A stretch of 64,000 nucleotides of DNA, taken from positions 49,620-113,619 of the forward strand of contig JASFQK010000021.1 of assembly GCA_050115495.1 (NCBI GenBank). The letters run 5' to 3'. This stretch comes from Phycisphaerae bacterium. Lineage in GTDB: Bacteria; Planctomycetota; Phycisphaerae; UBA1845; Fen-1342. Under the pieces are notes generated by a model. That model had not been told where the DNA came from, did no database searches, and saw only the letters and a list, made by a program, of their open reading frames with translations. Positions 18,302 to 26,053 of the stretch are shown one piece after another. Numbering within the stretch: the stretch's first letter is position 1; the number at the start of each line of letters is the position of its first letter. Made by a program: the position numbers and the translations under genes.

Positions 18302-21300
18302 CTACTCCGACCCACCCGCGGGCTCCTCAGGCCCGGCGACACAGAACGTTATCGTCGGCACGTCCCCGACCTTCACGCCGTGCGGCGTGCCGGCGTCCAT
18401 CCGCCCCGCAAGGATGATCCTGGTGTCGCACGACTCCTCCTCCACCTTCTGGACGGCGAAGAGGCGGGTGCAGTGCGAACCGGCGGCCTCGTTGGGCGAC
18501 GGCGGCAGAAGTAGCCACATGCCGGGCTTGAGCCCCTGCTTCTCGCCGGCCGCGAGCCGGGCCCAATCGCTCGTGAGGGTCACGAACGAACCGTCCGTCG
18601 TCGTGCTCCACAGATCGGTGACCGGCGCCTCCACACGCCTCGCCACCAAGCCGCGGGACACGTTTGGCCACCAGGCCGGCGCCACGGGCGTTCCCGTCGC
18701 CGGCTTCTCCCAGTCTCCTTCGCGGAGGTAGAACCGAGGCAACCCCGCCTCCACGCCGATACGAGGCTCTCTGCCCTGCGCGATCGTGTCGCGGAAATGC
18801 TCGATACCGCCGTCCGGAATCAGATACAGGCGTTCACCCCACGTCACCGGAACGAACCACCGGCCTCCGAGAAACGACAGCTCGGGATCCTCCGAATCCA
18901 GGACGAGCAGGCCGTCGATGACTTCGCACGTGCCTTGACTGCGGCCGTACACGCCCAGGTCGCCACGCCACTCCCACTCGTACATACCGAACGGCAGGAG
19001 CCGGAGCCACAGGTAGAGGTCGTGGTCGCCGCACCAGTACTCACCGACGAGGTCGGCCAGCGTGGCTAGCGGCGGCGAAGGCACGCTTTCTGGCACCGCT
19101 GCGGCCGCTGGCGAGCTGTCCGGTTGCGAAGTCGGCGTGGACGGCGTCTCGGTTGCCGGCAACGCGAAGCGCTCAATCTTGTAAGCGTGTTCGGCGAGCA
19201 TCCACAACTCGCGGCCGTCGTGGACGAAGAAGCCGCGCCACCAGTCCTCGTACGGCTCCAGCTTGCCGAGGTCGTACCAGGTCGGCGGGCTGGCCGCCGC
19301 ATCGAGCAGCAGGTAGCGACCAAAGTCGAAACCGAGCGGCCCGAGCAACGCATAGCGACCGCTGTACGCTAGGTTCCCCAACACACTCACCGAGTCCTCA
19401 TCCTCGGGAACCGCGGCAGCCGCCAGCGGTTCGCCGGCCGGCCCGTAGACGCTGACCACCTTGCCGGCGTACATGCGTGCGGTGGCCCGCGTCGACACCA
19501 GCGCCAACCCGCCGTCCGGCCCGACGGCCGCGCCGCCGATCTGGTCGAGCCAGCAGCGGTCGGGCCGCCGGCGGATCGTCTGGATCGCTGTGTTGCTCTC
19601 GTCGATGAGCGTGGCCACCCCCTCAGACACGTACCAGTAGCGCGGCCCGTGCGGCTGGTTCAGCACCCAGCCATCGTACACGCCCGGTTCCTCCAACCCC
19701 TCGGGCAGCTTGCGGCGCCCGACCCGCTCGCCGCTCGCCGAAAACTCGATCCCGCCTACGAAAACGCGGCCGTCCGCCGGAACATCGAGCGTGATCTCCC
19801 ACGAATGCTCGAAATCGTCCGGAATCGGGCGGATGATCCGCACGCGCCGGCCGGCAGAGTCGAATACGTGCGTGAACGCGTTGCGCTCCTCGGCGAGATA
19901 CACGTTACCGGCATTGTCGATCCTTGCGGCGGCGATGGTCCGCAGCAGGGGCTCGCCGGCGGATTCGCCCAGCTCCGCTTCGACGACGCCGGCGTCGCTC
20001 AGCCGCAGCAGCGCCTGCCCGTCGGTCGCCCACAACCGGCCGCTCGGGTCCACGCACACCGGGCCGCGCACCGGGAACGGATCAAGATCAACCAGTCGGC
20101 CGTCGGCGTGCTTGAGGACGATCTCGCTGCGCAGCGTCCCGTCCAGCCGAACACGTCGCACGGTGCCGGACGCGACGGACGCCTGTGTGATCAGGCCACC
20201 ATCCGTATCCGGCGTAAACCACGCCCCACTGCCCGACCCGTCGAACAACGTCTTCGACGGGATCGTCCGGACGGTCTTGCCATCCCGGTCGATCACGGCG
20301 ACCGTACCGCCGTATTCCGATTGAACGACGACGTTGCCCTCGGTCGTGACGGTCAGGCGCTCTGCGCCCCCGCCGTACGGATCACCCCAGTCAATCACGG
20401 TGCGCCACCGCTCGCCACCGCCGGCGTCGAACGACACGACCGTGCTCGACTCGGCGGCGCACATGACGAACCCGCCGTCGTGCGTCGCAGCCATGCAGCG
20501 TGAGAACGGACCGGCCGAGGGCTGGAGCTCGGTGTACTGCCGCGTGTCGGCGTCCAGACAGAAGGCGTGTATCTCCGCCTCCCTGACGGCCTGGCCCGGG
20601 ACTTCGCGCAGCACGGACGCCATGAGCAGCCAGCGGCTGCCGCCCAACCAGGTCATCGTGGGCGTTCCGTTGTCACCGTCGACCATGCTGTTCAGGTCGA
20701 GTATCCAGAGGACGTGCCCTTCCGCGTCCACCAGGATGAACTCCGGCTCGTGATCAAAGACCGTGCAGCGGAGAAAGCCGATGCGACCGCGATCGTCCAG
20801 ATCGAAGCAATGGACGTCGCGGATCTCCGGGAGCGGCCTCACCTCGCGTTCGAGCGTGATCGTGCCCAGGTGCTTCAATTCGAGGCGGGCCGGCTGCGTT
20901 GCAGCCACGCCGGCGATGGGAACGTCGTAGTCCGCCCGGCCGACCTCGGCGACACGCCAGCCGCTCTCGCCATCGCGCTCGACGCGGAACGTGACCCGCT
21001 GCGCCGCCCGCACGAAACAGACGTCGAACTGCCCCGGCTGATCCGTGCGTATGATCCCCCCGTTGTACCGGACCGCGTCCCAGACCCGGTCGTGGCGTTT
21101 CGCGTCCTCCATCGCCTGCTCGTCAGTCGTGTCGCGGTCGGGCAGCCTGGGCATCGCGTCGTCGCCGGGGAGAAGCGTCTCCCACACGGGCCCGCCCGCC
21201 CAGTCGACGAGCGAGAAGGCGCTACCGTCCTCCGCCTCCATCTTGTCCTTTTCGCCCGTGGGCCGGTTGAAGTACCCCCAATGCACCAGGATCAGCGGCG

Positions 21301-21949
21301 TGCGGGCGACCGGACGTGCCGCCCGCGTGTACCAGGACTCGTGCTCGCCCTCGCGCGGATGGTCGAACTGGAACTCGTCGAGAAACGTGCCGCTGGACAG
21401 GCGGTAAACACGCCAGGTCTCCATCCGGCGGCCATGCCCGCCTTCGTCACAGCGAAAAACGAAACGGTCGCCGGCGGGATCGACCGCGACGCCGATACCC
21501 GTGCGGTCGATCGAACTCGTGCAGGTCTCGTGCCCCCGCCGCGGCATCGTCTCGCTCATCCGCAGCGAGCCGTCCGGAGCGATGATGACCACGTACAGCC
21601 GGCCGTCCTCGCCCTCGGGGACGATGTTCTCCCAGCCGCCGGAGTAGGCATAGCCGGCGACGGTGCCGTCGTCGGTCACCTCCGCTTCCCAGAGCGTGAG
21701 CAGGCGTGTGCCGGCCCAGACCTCGACGCCATCGCGGGTGAGGCGGTACGTGCCGGCGCCACTGCCGTAAATCGTGCTGGGGTCTACATATAGCGCGTAA
21801 CGCCCCGATGGCGACGTGTAGGTCTTCGGGTCGAGGATGACGGCCCCGCCGCGTTGGGCCGGCGCCGGCGACGCAAGCCACCAGCCGGCGACCACGGGCA
21901 ACAACCAGAACGCTCGCGATCGCCGACGCCTCGTCTGTCGAATCCCCAT
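18302..21949 (-). CDS. Secreted beta-propeller-like protein, array paralog 1, with extra C-terminal domain
   Basis: Start moved to ATG 21949; signal peptide ending SPAPA; family motifs; Pro/Thr/Ser linker followed by a roughly 250-aa extra domain. Confidence 0.83.
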   Translation of the reverse strand: MGIRQTRRRRSRAFWLLPVVAGWWLASPAPAQRGGAVILDPKTYTSPSGRYALYVDPSTIYGSGAGTYRLTRDGVEVWAGTRLLTLWEAEVTDDGTVAGYAYSGGWENIVPEGEDGRLYVVIIAPDGSLRMSETMPRRGHETCTSSIDRTGIGVAVDPAGDRFVFRCDEGGHGRRMETWRVYRLSSGTFLDEFQFDHPREGEHESWYTRAARPVARTPLILVHWGYFNRPTGEKDKMEAEDGSAFSLVDWAGGPVWETLLPGDDAMPRLPDRDTTDEQAMEDAKRHDRVWDAVRYNGGIIRTDQPGQFDVCFVRAAQRVTFRVERDGESGWRVAEVGRADYDVPIAGVAATQPARLELKHLGTITLEREVRPLPEIRDVHCFDLDDRGRIGFLRCTVFDHEPEFILVDAEGHVLWILDLNSMVDGDNGTPTMTWLGGSRWLLMASVLREVPGQAVREAEIHAFCLDADTRQYTELQPSAGPFSRCMAATHDGGFVMCAAESSTVVSFDAGGGERWRTVIDWGDPYGGGAERLTVTTEGNVVVQSEYGGTVAVIDRDGKTVRTIPSKTLFDGSGSGAWFTPDTDGGLITQASVASGTVRRVRLDGTLRSEIVLKHADGRLVDLDPFPVRGPVCVDPSGRLWATDGQALLRLSDAGVVEAELGESAGEPLLRTIAAARIDNAGNVYLAEERNAFTHVFDSAGRRVRIIRPIPDDFEHSWEITLDVPADGRVFVGGIEFSASGERVGRRKLPEGLEEPGVYDGWVLNQPHGPRYWYVSEGVATLIDESNTAIQTIRRRPDRCWLDQIGGAAVGPDGGLALVSTRATARMYAGKVVSVYGPAGEPLAAAAVPEDEDSVSVLGNLAYSGRYALLGPLGFDFGRYLLLDAAASPPTWYDLGKLEPYEDWWRGFFVHDGRELWMLAEHAYKIERFALPATETPSTPTSQPDSSPAAAAVPESVPSPPLATLADLVGEYWCGDHDLYLWLRLLPFGMYEWEWRGDLGVYGRSQGTCEVIDGLLVLDSEDPELSFLGGRWFVPVTWGERLYLIPDGGIEHFRDTIAQGREPRIGVEAGLPRFYLREGDWEKPATGTPVAPAWWPNVSRGLVARRVEAPVTDLWSTTTDGSFVTLTSDWARLAAGEKQGLKPGMWLLLPPSPNEAAGSHCTRLFAVQKVEEESCDTRIILAGRMDAGTPHGVKVGDVPTITFCVAGPEEPAGGSE

Positions 21950-22146
21950 ACGCTCGCCCTCGCCCGCGGCGGCCGCCGCACGAACAGGCTGGATCGGCCG
22001 GCGAGCCCCCCGCGGCGGGAGCCGGCAGCGCCGGCCGAGACACACTCCAATCCATTGTACGTACCGGTCCAGCCCCGGGTGCAGGTGTGATACGCGTTCC
22101 GCTGCCGCGAACGCCGCAGGTCGCGTCCGGCTCGGGACACATGAGA

Positions 22147-22181
22147 AGAAGGGGAGGCCGCGAAGAGCGACCTCCCCTTCT
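22147..22181 (-). terminator. Rho-independent terminator of the RRM gene
   Basis: AGAAGGGGAGG / CCTCCCCTTCT inverted repeat just downstream of the RRM stop, pyrimidine-rich tail on the minus strand. Confidence 0.7.
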
Positions 22182-22202
22182 GTTGTCGGCTTGGGCTAGA
22201 GG

Positions 22203-22490
22203 CTAGCGGCCTCGGCCGTATCCGCCGCCGCCGGTGCGCGGGGCACGCGGCTTGGCTTCGTTGACGGTCAGGGCGCGGCCGCCGTGGTCCGTGCCGTTGA
22301 GGGCGCTGATGGCCGCCTGGGCCTCAGCATCGGACCCCATCTCGACGAACCCGAAACCCTTGCTCCGGCCGGTGTCGCGGTCCTGGATGACCTCGGCGCT
22401 GCCGACCGTACCGTGCGGCGTGAACAACTGCTCCAGATCGGAACTGCTGACGCCATAACCCAGATTCCCGACATACAACTTTCTGCCCAT
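22203..22490 (-). CDS. RRM RNA-binding protein
   Basis: RNP2 LYVGNL, RNP1 KGFGFVEM, Gly/Arg-rich tail. Confidence 0.96.
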   Translation of the reverse strand: MGRKLYVGNLGYGVSSSDLEQLFTPHGTVGSAEVIQDRDTGRSKGFGFVEMGSDAEAQAAISALNGTDHGGRALTVNEAKPRAPRTGGGGYGRGR

Positions 22491-22660
22491 CGTGTTTCTC
22501 CTGTCGATGGCATATGCGACCCATAGCTTTACTTTCAGGGTCTCGGTGAAAGTGGCCGTGGTTCCGGCCAGGAAGGAGGGAAAACGATCTAGGCAGTAGG
22601 ATGCGGGAATTGCTCTGCAAACACCACGTCTCGGCCTGGTTCGTAGATCCGACCGCCAGG

Positions 22661-22666
22661 ATTATA
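22661..22666 (-). promoter_or_regulatory. Sigma70 -10 element for the RRM gene
   Basis: Perfect TATAAT on the minus strand about 170 nt upstream of the start, in a GC-rich context. Confidence 0.55.
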
Positions 22667-22736
22667 CCCCCGCCCGCCAGGAAGTACAGCAGACCCGATC
22701 ACAAGAATTCGCGAGGCGAGCAAGGTGCGCCGGCGC

Positions 22737-24686
22737 TTACCTGGCGCCGTGCACCGCGGCCTGCCGGCAGGAAGCGGGTCCCGACGCGGCGGAACCGACG
22801 GCGCTCGAAGGTTGAATGTCGGGTGTCACCATCGCCGTGTCTCCAACCGGGCCGGCGGAGTCCGCAGCGACCGGCCCCGCTCCCACCGATTGGCCGGGCA
22901 GAGCGTGGTCGGCCCGGCGGCCGTCCACGCTGCGCAACGGGACCAGGTTGGCTGGTGGGGCCGCGTGGCGCCGAATCCGGCCGAAGCGCAGGCGCAGCGC
23001 CCAGCCCAGCGTCCGGCGGGCAGTCAGCACGAGCCCGCGCATACCCAGGACTTGCAGGACCGCATCGGCCAGGTGCGGCCCACTCTTCGGTCGCACCAGT
23101 GCGAAGAGAAAGCGCAGCGGATTGTAGAAGTAGAGGTAGGCAGCCAGGATGTTGAGTTGTTTGCGCCACGGCCGCGGGTGATGCGACGCCACCACGTAGT
23201 TCCCGCCCAGCATGTGCTCCTGGACCGGCCGGTTGCCGACGCGCTCGTACGCCATGCCGGACGTATACGTGTCGACGTACAACCTCGAGCCGGTGGCGGG
23301 CACGAGCATGAGGACCTGCATGCTGACCGCCCCGGCCTTGCGCAGCAGGCGAACCTGGTTCAGCAGGCCGCGGGGCCCAGGGCCGCGGCTAATGAGCGGC
23401 TGCCGGTCATGGTGCATCATCATCGGCATCGGACAGATGCCGTGCCGCCGCAGCAGTTCGAGCGCGGTGAGCGTCTGATCCGCGCCCTGTCCCTTCCGCA
23501 CCAGGGTCCCCGTCATGTCCTCGACGCCCACCCACAACGCCCGCACGCCGGCGTGCCGGACCGTCGACAGGTGATCCCGTAACCGGAGCGTATCGTGCAC
23601 GGTGACCTCCGTGCCCCAACGGAGTCGCTTGCGTATGGGCCGGCCGCCGACGCTGGTTCGCGCCAATGTATCGACGATGTCGAGCGTGCGCTCACCGTCG
23701 TTGAAGAAGTTGTCGTCGGCCCCGAAGAAGCTGCGCAGCCGGTACTCGTCGTACAAGCGGGTGAACTCGTCGGCGATGCGCAGCCCGCTCTTGGCACGGT
23801 ACTGCCGCTGGTTATACGCAGGAATCGGGCAATACGGACAGGCGAACTTGCAGCCATACGTCAGCACGAGTGAACCGATGGGGCTGAACCGCGCCACCTG
23901 ATCGGCCGGCAGGGCCCGCGCGACCAGCGTGGCCCGCCGGCTCGGCGGCTCGAGCAGCCGGTAGCCCAGGACCGGGTGCGGCAGTTCATCCAGATCGCCC
24001 AGCAGGCGCTGCACACCGGTGTCGACGAGTTCCTGGACAACGCCGGCACCATCTGTGCGGGCGTACACCAGACCGGGAACGTCGTCGAGCAGACCCTGAT
24101 CACGTGCCCGCAGGAAGGCTATCCGCACCGGCTCGTCCTTCGCCCTGATCGACAGCACGGCATCCAGCAAGTGCAGCAGCACGTACTCCTCGCCGGTGAC
24201 CGCCACGTCGGCGCCCCATGGATCGCGTGGATCGACACCGAAGGCGTCCCAGGGCTCATAGATGACCTTCGGGCCGCCGGCGATGATCAACGGCCGGTGC
24301 GGCGCCGCGATACGGCAGGCGTCGCGAACCAACGCCGCGAACGCCGCCGAGTGCAATTGCATGCTCGACACCAGGAACAGGTCCGGAACCTGTCCGTCTA
24401 GGCGCATCTGCGACGGACGAAAGTGACGATTCCACTGTTGCAGGACGATCCGCGTCTTCTCGAAGCCGGCGTCATGCAGCGCCGCCCCGATCGCCCGCAC
24501 ACCAGCCGGTACCATGCGCGTGGCGGCGTAGACGAAGGGAAGCATCTGGGTGCGCCAGTCGAACGCGCAAGCCACGACCGTTCGCAGATCATGCCGGTCG
24601 GCGATGCGCCTCAATCGGCCGCGCAGCTCGGCCAGCGCGCCGACCGGAAGCAGCTCGTCACCGCGCGGACGGCGAGGCAACTCCAT
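22737..24686 (-). CDS. B12-binding radical SAM protein
   Basis: YGCKFACPYC (CxxxCxxC), IIAGGPK, VTGEE, ADDNFF, GVE motifs; AGGAG RBS. Confidence 0.88.
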   Translation of the reverse strand: MELPRRPRGDELLPVGALAELRGRLRRIADRHDLRTVVACAFDWRTQMLPFVYAATRMVPAGVRAIGAALHDAGFEKTRIVLQQWNRHFRPSQMRLDGQVPDLFLVSSMQLHSAAFAALVRDACRIAAPHRPLIIAGGPKVIYEPWDAFGVDPRDPWGADVAVTGEEYVLLHLLDAVLSIRAKDEPVRIAFLRARDQGLLDDVPGLVYARTDGAGVVQELVDTGVQRLLGDLDELPHPVLGYRLLEPPSRRATLVARALPADQVARFSPIGSLVLTYGCKFACPYCPIPAYNQRQYRAKSGLRIADEFTRLYDEYRLRSFFGADDNFFNDGERTLDIVDTLARTSVGGRPIRKRLRWGTEVTVHDTLRLRDHLSTVRHAGVRALWVGVEDMTGTLVRKGQGADQTLTALELLRRHGICPMPMMMHHDRQPLISRGPGPRGLLNQVRLLRKAGAVSMQVLMLVPATGSRLYVDTYTSGMAYERVGNRPVQEHMLGGNYVVASHHPRPWRKQLNILAAYLYFYNPLRFLFALVRPKSGPHLADAVLQVLGMRGLVLTARRTLGWALRLRFGRIRRHAAPPANLVPLRSVDGRRADHALPGQSVGAGPVAADSAGPVGDTAMVTPDIQPSSAVGSAASGPASCRQAAVHGAR

Positions 24687-24736
24687 CGCTGCTCACTCCT
24701 GGCGTAACAGGACTGTCTGGACTCCGCCGGCGCTCT

Positions 24737-24934
24737 TCACAACAAGCGCTCTCCGGGATCTCGCGCGTCCTCACGCTCCACACCGTCGGCTGGCGAGAGG
24801 TCACTGCTGACCCCGGCGATCCTGCCGGCGCGACGTTCCCGTTTCAGGGCTGCCTTCTTTGCCTTCTCGATTTCGCGCTGCCGCTTCTCGTATTCCCGCT
24901 GACGCTTCTGGACGGATGGTCTTTGTCGTGCCAC
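24737..24934 (-). CDS. Small basic (Lys/Arg-rich) protein
   Basis: GGAGAG RBS + GTG; SVQKRQRE...KAALKRERR helix. Confidence 0.7.
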   Translation of the reverse strand: MARQRPSVQKRQREYEKRQREIEKAKKAALKRERRAGRIAGVSSDLSPADGVEREDARDPGERLL

Positions 24935-24993
24935 TGACTCTCCATGGCAGCTCAGTCGTCACGCGCTGACAGAGCGTGCCGGGTTAACGGATC

Positions 24994-25392
24994 TCAATCA
25001 TCGTGTACTGCAACCTGCGGCGGACTGTCACCTCGCCAGACCGGCATCGACTCGATGCGCTCCCGCAGCATCGTGAAGGTCGTGTCACGCCGATCGTTGT
25101 ACTCCTGGAGCGCCACCATGGCATCCAGCTCCGCGTTGCGCTTCGGCCAGGTGAACGTGCTGCGCTTGCCGTGGATGTGGCGGTCGAACTGCCCGAACAG
25201 CACGCAGGCTCGCTGCCAACCGAACAGCCGGCACAGTGCACCGGTGAGGTCCCACGCCACCGCCGCCTCATCGTCATAGCAAACGGCGCGACCGTCGACG
25301 CCGTGGGCTTCCGCACCCTGCGACCAACTGGCCTCGCGTTCGAGCAGGGCAAGCAGCCGCTCCTTCTCACTGGGCATCATCGTCGAACTCAC
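24994..25392 (-). CDS. Hypothetical protein (DUF6197-like W-x-QGA...DG..V...AV.W.L.GA motif)
   Basis: Motif resemblance from memory; plausible composition; start uncertain. Confidence 0.6.
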   Translation of the reverse strand: MSSTMMPSEKERLLALLEREASWSQGAEAHGVDGRAVCYDDEAAVAWDLTGALCRLFGWQRACVLFGQFDRHIHGKRSTFTWPKRNAELDAMVALQEYNDRRDTTFTMLRERIESMPVWRGDSPPQVAVHDD

Positions 25393-25604
25393 TCTCTTCC
25401 CTTCGAACCGAGCAGCGCGAGCGTCGCGCCCTCGGCGTCGAGCGTGCTCCCCGCGAGCAAGGCCGACGCCTCGGCGTCCAGCCGCAGGACCGCAACCGCC
25501 TTCCCGAGCGCCGCCGGCGCAGACCAGACAAACGCGTGCGCGGCAGCACGCTCGGCCGTCAGTCGAGCCTCAGTGACCGAGCCGGTTCGGGAGAAGACGC
25601 CCAC
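25389..25604 (-). CDS. Possible small hypothetical protein
   Basis: GTGA overlap with the next gene; no recognisable motif. Confidence 0.3.
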   Translation of the reverse strand: MGVFSRTGSVTEARLTAERAAAHAFVWSAPAALGKAVAVLRLDAEASALLAGSTLDAEGATLALLGSKGRE

Positions 25605-25769
25605 TCATATGGGCGCGCCCTCGGGAAGAGGAGCAATCAGAGAAGATCGTTACGCCCACGATACTAGCCGAACCGGACCACCCCGGCAACCGCGACGGTC
25701 CCTTCGCCCGGCGGGCGACTCACCTCATAAACCGGTTCTTCCGTCAACGGCGTGCGGATCGGCGCCGGC

Positions 25770-25849
25770 TGGCGGGTTCTGCCGCGGAGTGACGGGCTGT
25801 GCTGCGGCGTGGCGGGTTTTGCCGCGGGGTGGCGGATTCTGCTACGATG
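25770..25849. repeat. Four imperfect 20-bp tandem units (TGGCGGGTTCTGCCGCGG-like) in a divergent intergenic region
   Basis: Units start at 25770, 25790, 25810 and 25830. Confidence 0.65.
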
Positions 25850-26053
25850 TGGGCCTGAGGTGGCGGCGCGAGACGCCCGGGGTGGCGTCGCGCCGCAAAC
25901 GGGTGAACCGCTCACGGAAGTGCTCGTGCTCCAGAGGCGCACGGGCCGCCTGTTGCACTGCACGTCGCGCCACCCGCCGCCGGCGGAGACGGGGATTCCG
26001 CGAGGCCCCCACTCCACATCGCCCGTCGCCGGCCGCCTCGGCAGGAGTCGTTG

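Noticed and set aside
24737..24934. Small basic ORF as RiPP precursor for the radical SAM
   Set aside because: No leader/core pattern, RRE, peptidase or transporter nearby
25770..25849. 20-bp repeats as a mini-CRISPR
   Set aside because: Units are contiguous with no spacers
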